Positions 36,918 through 42,538 of a stretch of DNA of 42,538 bases are shown here, piece after piece. Both the position numbers and the translations under genes were made by a program. The first letter of the stretch is position 1; every line of letters begins with the position of its first letter. This DNA comes from an uncultured Methanosarcinales archaeon. Its GTDB lineage: Archaea > Nanobdellota > Nanobdellia > Woesearchaeales > JABMPP01. Under the pieces are notes generated by a model that saw nothing but the letters and a program-made list of their open reading frames with translations, was not told the origin of the DNA and ran no database searches. The stretch lies in the NCBI GenBank assembly GCA_964604995.1, contig CAZSAD010000012.1, positions 1-42,538 of the forward strand, read 5' to 3'.

Positions 36918-39104
36918 ATCGCTAGCGAAAAAATGGTAGATAAAGTACTTAGGCTTGCAAATAAGCCAATACAAATTAGAAATATTTGCACAAGTGCGCA
37001 TATCCATCACGGAAAAACTGCATTTACAGATAATCTTTTGGCAGCAGCTGGATTGATGTCTGAAAAAAATGCTGGAGATTTGGAATCAGGCATGGCAACA
37101 TGGCAGCATGCAGATGAGCAAGAAAGATTAATGACAGTTGATTCAGCAAATGTATCTATGGTTCACAATTATGGTGGAATGGAATATCTAATTAATTTGA
37201 TTGATACACCAGGACACATTGATTTTGGCGGAAACGTTACAAGAGCAATGAGAGCTGTTGATGGAACTATTGTTCTTGTCTGTGCAGTTGAAGGAATTAT
37301 GCCACAAACTGAAACAGTGCTAAAACAAGCAATCAGAGAAAGAGTAAAACCAGTTTTATTCATCAATAAAACTGATAGATTAATCAAAGAGCTAAAATTA
37401 ACTCCTGAAAAAATCCAGCAAAGATTTTTGGATTTGATTAAAAAATTTAATATTTTAATTGAACAATTAGCAGAACCACAATTCAAACAATCATGGAAAG
37501 TCGATATTGTAAATGGAAGCGTTGCATTTGGTTCAGCAAGAGACAATTGGGCTTTATCATTTAGCTTCATGCAAAAAAAAGGAATCAAATTTGCAGATAT
37601 TGAAAGAATTTATGCAATGAGTGAAGAAGAAAGAAAAAAATGGACATGGGATAATGCACCATTATTCGAAGTTATTTTAGATATGGTAATTAAGCACCAC
37701 CCAACACCAGTTGAAGCTCAAAAATATAGAATTCCAAAAATTTGGCATGGTGAAACTGATTCTGAATTTGGACAAGATTTGATTAATTGCAATCAAGAAG
37801 GAAAGCTTGCATTTGTCATCACAAGAATTGTAATTGATCCAAGAAGCGGTAAAGAACTTGCAGCTGGAAGATTATTTTCAGGAACAATTAGACAAGGACA
37901 AGAAGTTTATTTGAATCTTGCAAAAACAAGACAAAGAATTCAAACAGTCTATGTATATAATGGTATTAAACCTGAAATTATAGAAGCTGTTCCTGCTGGA
38001 AACGTTTTAGCTGTTGGTGGACTTACAGGTTCAGCAGGCGAAACAGTTACATTTGAGCCAGAACAAACATTCGAAGAGCTAAAACACATCTTTGAACCAG
38101 TAATTACCAAAGCAGTTGAACCAGCAAGACCTGGTGATCTGCCTAAAGTAGTTGAAGTTTTAAGAAAAGTTTCCAAAGAAGATCCTAGCATTAAAATCCA
38201 AATTAATGAAGAAACTGGAGAAAATTTAATGTCGGGAATGGGCGAGCTGCACTTAGAAATTGTTGAAAATAGAATTAAAACAGAAAAGGGTGTCGAAATT
38301 AGAACATCTGCACCAATTGTTGTGTATAGAGAATCTATTACTAAGCCATCGCAAGAAGCTGAAGGAAAATCTCCAAACAAACACAACAAGTTTTATTTTA
38401 GAGTTGAACCTGTTTCTGAAGCATTTGCAAATTCATACAGGGAAGGTATGATTACAGATGGAAGAATCAAGAAAAGGAATTTGGATTTAAGAGAAAAATT
38501 CATGGAAACTGGAATGGATACCAAAACAGCTGATTCAGTAAAAGATGTTTTTAGGGGAAATCTTTTGATTGATGGAACCAAAGGAAAAATTCACATGATT
38601 GAAGTAATTGAAATGATACTTGACATGTTTGAAGATGTTATGGAAAAAGGACCACAAGCAAGAGAACCTTGCATAAATGTGAAAGTAACTTTAACCGATA
38701 TGTCATTGCATGAAGATGCAATTCATCGTGGACCAGCACAGGTTTATCCTGCAGTAAGAGAAGGTATTAGAGGCGCAATGATGACAGCTAATGCAGTTAT
38801 GTACGAACCATTGCAAACACACCTTATTGAAGCTCCAACTGAATATATGGGCCAAGTATCAAAACTTGTTTCATCAAAAAGAGGCCAACTTTTAGATGTT
38901 GTAATGGATGACCACGGTGTAACCATAAAAGGAAAACTTCCGGTTATGGAAATGCTTGGATGGGCATCTGAATTAAGATCAGCAACAGAAGGTAAAGGCG
39001 TTTCATCACTTGTTGATCAGGTTTTTGAAAGATTGCCTGGTGAAAAATCAGTTGATGTTATTAAAAGAATAAGGGATAGAAAAGGCCTTGGCCCTAATGA
39101 ATAA
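36918..39104 (+). CDS. fusA: Translation elongation factor aEF-2 (start uncertain: GTG 36909, ATC 36918 or ATG 36933)
   Basis: LINLIDTPGH, NKTD, GMGELHLE, SPNKHN, diphthamide loop HEDAIHRGPAQ, LRSATEG. Confidence 0.95.
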   Translation: MASEKMVDKVLRLANKPIQIRNICTSAHIHHGKTAFTDNLLAAAGLMSEKNAGDLESGMATWQHADEQERLMTVDSANVSMVHNYGGMEYLINLIDTPGHIDFGGNVTRAMRAVDGTIVLVCAVEGIMPQTETVLKQAIRERVKPVLFINKTDRLIKELKLTPEKIQQRFLDLIKKFNILIEQLAEPQFKQSWKVDIVNGSVAFGSARDNWALSFSFMQKKGIKFADIERIYAMSEEERKKWTWDNAPLFEVILDMVIKHHPTPVEAQKYRIPKIWHGETDSEFGQDLINCNQEGKLAFVITRIVIDPRSGKELAAGRLFSGTIRQGQEVYLNLAKTRQRIQTVYVYNGIKPEIIEAVPAGNVLAVGGLTGSAGETVTFEPEQTFEELKHIFEPVITKAVEPARPGDLPKVVEVLRKVSKEDPSIKIQINEETGENLMSGMGELHLEIVENRIKTEKGVEIRTSAPIVVYRESITKPSQEAEGKSPNKHNKFYFRVEPVSEAFANSYREGMITDGRIKKRNLDLREKFMETGMDTKTADSVKDVFRGNLLIDGTKGKIHMIEVIEMILDMFEDVMEKGPQAREPCINVKVTLTDMSLHEDAIHRGPAQVYPAVREGIRGAMMTANAVMYEPLQTHLIEAPTEYMGQVSKLVSSKRGQLLDVVMDDHGVTIKGKLPVMEMLGWASELRSATEGKGVSSLVDQVFERLPGEKSVDVIKRIRDRKGLGPNE

Positions 39105-39222
39105 AAACTTCAATATTTTGAAGTTTATTTTTTAATTTATTTTTTTATTGGATTTATATTTTATAAGTTTAGTTTATAATTTAGTTTTGATTAGAAAGAT
39201 TATAAATTTTAAAAATTCAAAA

Positions 39223-39318
39223 TTATTTTTTTAAATTCTGAAATTTCTCGAGACATTCATTGCAATATAATCTATCTTCAGATATTTTGAAATAACAATT
39301 TAAACATTCATTAGCCAT
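39223..39318 (-). CDS. 31-aa CxxC...CxxC zinc-finger micro-protein
   Basis: MANECLNCYFKISEDRLYCNECLEKFQNLKK*; AGGTGA SD 4 nt upstream of the ATG. Confidence 0.7.
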   Translation of the reverse strand: MANECLNCYFKISEDRLYCNECLEKFQNLKK

Positions 39319-39534
39319 TTTCTCACCTAAAATATAACATAAAAATGATATTTAATCTTATAATCAAGATTGTAGGTTCTGTACTATATAAATACCACTA
39401 TAATTTAAGGGATATTACTAAAATAAAAAATTAAGTTAGTTATTATTTGAATAGAATTGCAGTTAAAATATTAAAAAATAAAAGTGGCGAATAAAGAAAA
39501 ATGTTATAAATCCGGATTAATAATTGGATATATT

Positions 39535-39795
39535 ATGAAAAATTTTGAAAATAGATTACAGTTAATTGAACAAAGAAATAAGAAAGTTGAGTTAGATAAA
39601 GCTTGGGAAACAAGCTTATCTAGAAAAATGATTATTGCAGTTTTAACTTATGTTACAATTGTATTATTTTTCTTTGTTGCGAAATTGCCAAAACCATTTA
39701 TTAATTCAATTATTCCAACGGCAGGTTTTGTTCTTTCAACTTTATCTTTGCCATTTTTTAAAAAATTATGGATTAAATTTAAAAATAAAAAATAA
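39535..39795 (+). CDS. Small 2-TM membrane protein (start revised to 39535)
   Basis: IEQRNKKVELDKAWETS followed by two hydrophobic segments. Confidence 0.8.
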   Translation: MKNFENRLQLIEQRNKKVELDKAWETSLSRKMIIAVLTYVTIVLFFFVAKLPKPFINSIIPTAGFVLSTLSLPFFKKLWIKFKNKK

Positions 39796-39830
39796 TTTCT
39801 GAATTTTTTCTATGTTTTACCATAGAGGGT

Positions 39831-40484
39831 ATGAATATGGATAAGATAAAAAATAAATTGAACGATCCTTTGAATAAATGGTTAGAGCAACGAGCAATTT
39901 ACAGTTCTTTAAATTACATTAAAAAGGATAAGGGAAGTTTTAGTGAGAAATTAAATAATTATTTTACAATATTTAAATCAAAATTTCACAAAAAAAATAC
40001 AATTGAACAAATTCCACAAAAAAGTTCAGTTTATGACCATGATTCTGAGACTTTTCACATTTTTTTGGAATATATGAAAAATGGGCAAGAAGTTTCTACT
40101 AGAATAAAATCACTGGAATATGTTAATAAAAATTTAGACAAACTTGGATTTGATGCAAAGCTTCATTGCATATCTAAAATTCCACAAAAGATTGTGAGTT
40201 ATGGAGAAGAAGAACTAAAAAAAGAAATGAAGGAAATATCAGATTGGGTTGAATTAGATAAATACATTGCTAATAAGATGGTATTTATTAGTAAATTGGA
40301 TGATATTTTAGATATTGCTTATGGAATCATAGCTTTTTCAAACAAATATGAACTGCAATTAAATAAAAAAGAGATTGATAACTTTGTTTTTGATGTATTG
40401 ATTGATAAAATTAGCAAATTAGAAAATAAAAATAATTATTTATTTTCAATTATTAATTCAATACAAAATTTAAAGAGTCATTAA
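39831..40484 (+). CDS. Hypothetical protein
   Basis: 217-aa ORF with GAGG SD. Confidence 0.65.
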   Translation: MNMDKIKNKLNDPLNKWLEQRAIYSSLNYIKKDKGSFSEKLNNYFTIFKSKFHKKNTIEQIPQKSSVYDHDSETFHIFLEYMKNGQEVSTRIKSLEYVNKNLDKLGFDAKLHCISKIPQKIVSYGEEELKKEMKEISDWVELDKYIANKMVFISKLDDILDIAYGIIAFSNKYELQLNKKEIDNFVFDVLIDKISKLENKNNYLFSIINSIQNLKSH

Positions 40485-40549
40485 AATCTAGATGGCAATT
40501 CTTTTTTACCTTCCACTAAATTTATATAATTTACTTAATTAATGTTGTT

Positions 40550-41065
40550 ATGAACCAATTTAACAATAAAAAAAGACTTAATAAAAAATATAAATTTAAT
40601 AAAATAAATTTAATTTCTATTCTTTTGATATTGACAACAGTTTTGATTCTTAGCAGTTGTTCTAATAGCATTCCAAAAACAAAGAGCGAACAAAGCAAAC
40701 AAGTGTGTTTTGAAAAGAATTGTTTTGATGTAACAATAGCAAATAATGAATCAAGTAGGGAGAGTGGACTCATGTTTCAAGAAAGATTAGATGAAAACAA
40801 AGGAATGCTTTTTGTATTTGAAAAAGAAGGAGTTTATCCATTTTGGATGAAAAATACTTTGATTCCACTTGATATTATATGGATTGATAATAATTACAAT
40901 ATAATTTACATTGAAAAAAATGCATTGCCGTGTAAGGATTCAACTAATTGCCAAGTTTATGGTCCAGCCAAAAACGCAAAATATGTTCTTGAGGTTAATT
41001 CTGGAATTGTAGATAAAATAAATTTAAGCGTTAATGACAATGTTAAAATTTCCATCAATTCATAA
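40550..41065 (+). CDS. DUF192 family lipoprotein
   Basis: LSSC lipobox; GLMF, GMLFVF, FWMKNTLIPLDIIWI, YVLEVNSG. Confidence 0.92.
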   Translation: MNQFNNKKRLNKKYKFNKINLISILLILTTVLILSSCSNSIPKTKSEQSKQVCFEKNCFDVTIANNESSRESGLMFQERLDENKGMLFVFEKEGVYPFWMKNTLIPLDIIWIDNNYNIIYIEKNALPCKDSTNCQVYGPAKNAKYVLEVNSGIVDKINLSVNDNVKISINS

Positions 41066-41172
41066 ATCACAAATTTCAAAATAAGACTGCAAACTAAGAC
41101 TGTAAATTTTAAATTAGTTTTGCTAACAAAAACTGCGCAAAATTTAATAACTTAGCCATACTAATCTTTTTT

Positions 41173-41508
41173 ATGGGTTCAGAAATAGCTTTAAAATTTA
41201 TTTTTTTCGGATTAATTGCATTAGCTGTTGCGTTGGAAGTTGTTGGAGATGTTTTATTCAAAAAATGGGCAATGCAGAGCAAAAATATTTTACTTTATGG
41301 TGGACTATTGATTTATTTTGTTGGAACTATTGTCTGGGCGATTTCATTAAAGTACGAATACTTATCAAAAGCAATTTCGATTTTTACTGTATTAAATTTG
41401 GTTATTGTTGTTCTTGTTGGAGTTTTGTATTTTAATGAGGATTTATCTTTAATAAATAAAGTTGGAATAGGACTTGGAATTTTAAGCGTAATTCTAATTG
41501 AAATTTAA
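41173..41508 (+). CDS. SMR/DMT-superfamily small transporter
   Basis: Four TM segments, Glu in TM1 (LEVVGD), GVLYFNEDLS...GI.LG. Confidence 0.8.
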   Translation: MGSEIALKFIFFGLIALAVALEVVGDVLFKKWAMQSKNILLYGGLLIYFVGTIVWAISLKYEYLSKAISIFTVLNLVIVVLVGVLYFNEDLSLINKVGIGLGILSVILIEI

Positions 41509-41601
41509 AATTTGCAAAAATTTGATTTCATAAAATTTAATTTAAGGGAAAATGAATATAAAACAATAAGACTTTAAAATACTCAATTTTTCTTTAAGTT
41601 T

Positions 41602-42117
41602 ATGGATGAATTAGTAATACTTGTTGATGAAAAAGATAATGAACTTGCTTATGGGGAAAAGCATGCAGTACATAAAGCTGGCAAATTACATAGGTGCTTT
41701 TCAATTTTTATATTTGATTCTCATGGAAAAATGTTAATACAACAAAGAGCAATGAAAAAATACCATTCACCAGGCCTTTGGACAAATACTTGCTGTGGGC
41801 ATCCAAGGCCAAAAGAGAATACCAAAAAAGCAGCACATAGAAGAATGGGTGAAGAAATGGGGTTTGATTGCAAATTTGAAGAAGCTTTTACTTTTACATA
41901 TCAAGCCAAATTAGACCACGGTATGACTGAGCATGAATTTGATCACGTTTTTATTGGAAAATTTGATGGTGCACCAATAAGAAATCCAGATGAAGTTATG
42001 GCTTGGAAATACATAAATGTCAAAGAATTAAAATTAGATGTCAAAAAAAGGCCAAATCATTATACAATTTGGTTTAAAATTGCACTTGAAAGAGTTCTTG
42101 CATGGAAAAAATTGTAA
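41602..42117 (+). CDS. idi: Type 1 isopentenyl-diphosphate delta-isomerase
   Basis: LHRCFSIF, QQRA..KY, WTNTCCGHP, RRMGEEMG, EHEFDHV, NPDEV. Confidence 0.95.
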   Translation: MDELVILVDEKDNELAYGEKHAVHKAGKLHRCFSIFIFDSHGKMLIQQRAMKKYHSPGLWTNTCCGHPRPKENTKKAAHRRMGEEMGFDCKFEEAFTFTYQAKLDHGMTEHEFDHVFIGKFDGAPIRNPDEVMAWKYINVKELKLDVKKRPNHYTIWFKIALERVLAWKKL

Positions 42118-42260
42118 TCTCACTTAAAATCACTTATAATGTCATTTCTAAACTTATTTAATAAATAAATTTCTTAAAATTTTTGATAAAATAGGTTTCT
42201 AGAGAAATAAGAATAGCTTTTTAATATCATAACAACTACCTGACCCGCTGAGGTGAAAGC

Positions 42261-42452
42261 ATGGAATGTAATATTGGGGGAATCGATAGAATAATTCGTG
42301 CGATAGTTGGATTAATCATTATAGGTTTAGGTTTAGAATTTCATAATTGGTTTGGACTTATAGGAATTGTACTAATAGCAACATCTGTATTTGGTATTTG
42401 TGTATTGTATTATCCATTCAAAATAAATACTTGCAAAATAAAATCAAAATAA
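42261..42452 (+). CDS. DUF2892 / YgaP-like small membrane protein
   Basis: NIGGIDRIIR, two TM segments, C.LY..INTC; GAGGTGA SD. Confidence 0.9.
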   Translation: MECNIGGIDRIIRAIVGLIIIGLGLEFHNWFGLIGIVLIATSVFGICVLYYPFKINTCKIKSK

Positions 42453-42538
42453 ATTTTTTTAAAGTTTTTAATAAAGACAATTAAAAAATTCTTAAAATTA
42501 GCAAATTATACAAAATATTTATATTCTTGAGGTATTAT

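Noticed and set aside
1598..40773. Short ORF-track entries antisense to or nested in real genes (e.g. 5310-5693, 8149-8541, 20660-21037, 31439-31885, 35168-35620, 37169-37588, 37949-38389)
   Set aside because: Shadow ORFs overlapping well-supported genes, with no motifs or SD signals.
41082..41106. Tandem TAAGACTG(C/T)AAA duplication
   Set aside because: Two short copies, consistent with replication slippage.

Overview
A 42.5 kb AT-rich archaeal chromosome segment, most likely from a DPANN lineage such as Woesearchaeales (inferred, not tested). Archaeal markers: AglB, EndoQ, standalone Bud32, rpl7ae-rps28e-rpl24e-ndk, aEF-2 with the diphthamide motif, a tRNA-Glu(CUC) with a BHB intron, TATA-type promoters and GGTGA ribosome-binding sites. 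Housekeeping and metabolic genes (ahcY, pdaD-speB, argS, FKBP PPIase, ndh, type 1 idi, ABC-2 exporter) alternate with accessory genes (two type II TA modules, a Bro-N protein, surface proteins, tandem paralogues, hypotheticals). Most notable: (1) a 642-aa protein with bacterial FliA/WhiG-type sigma-70 regions 2-4 embedded among archaeal genes; (2) a hairpin-dense locus around tRNA-Glu, with a four-way-junction element and partial copies of both tRNA ends; (3) a 44-145 bp intergenic repeat upstream of three mobile-type genes; (4) an EF-2 with altered G1/switch I motifs and a possible ATC start; (5) unannotated micro-ORFs, including a 31-aa zinc finger. All calls come from reading the sequence by eye; no database searches were run.
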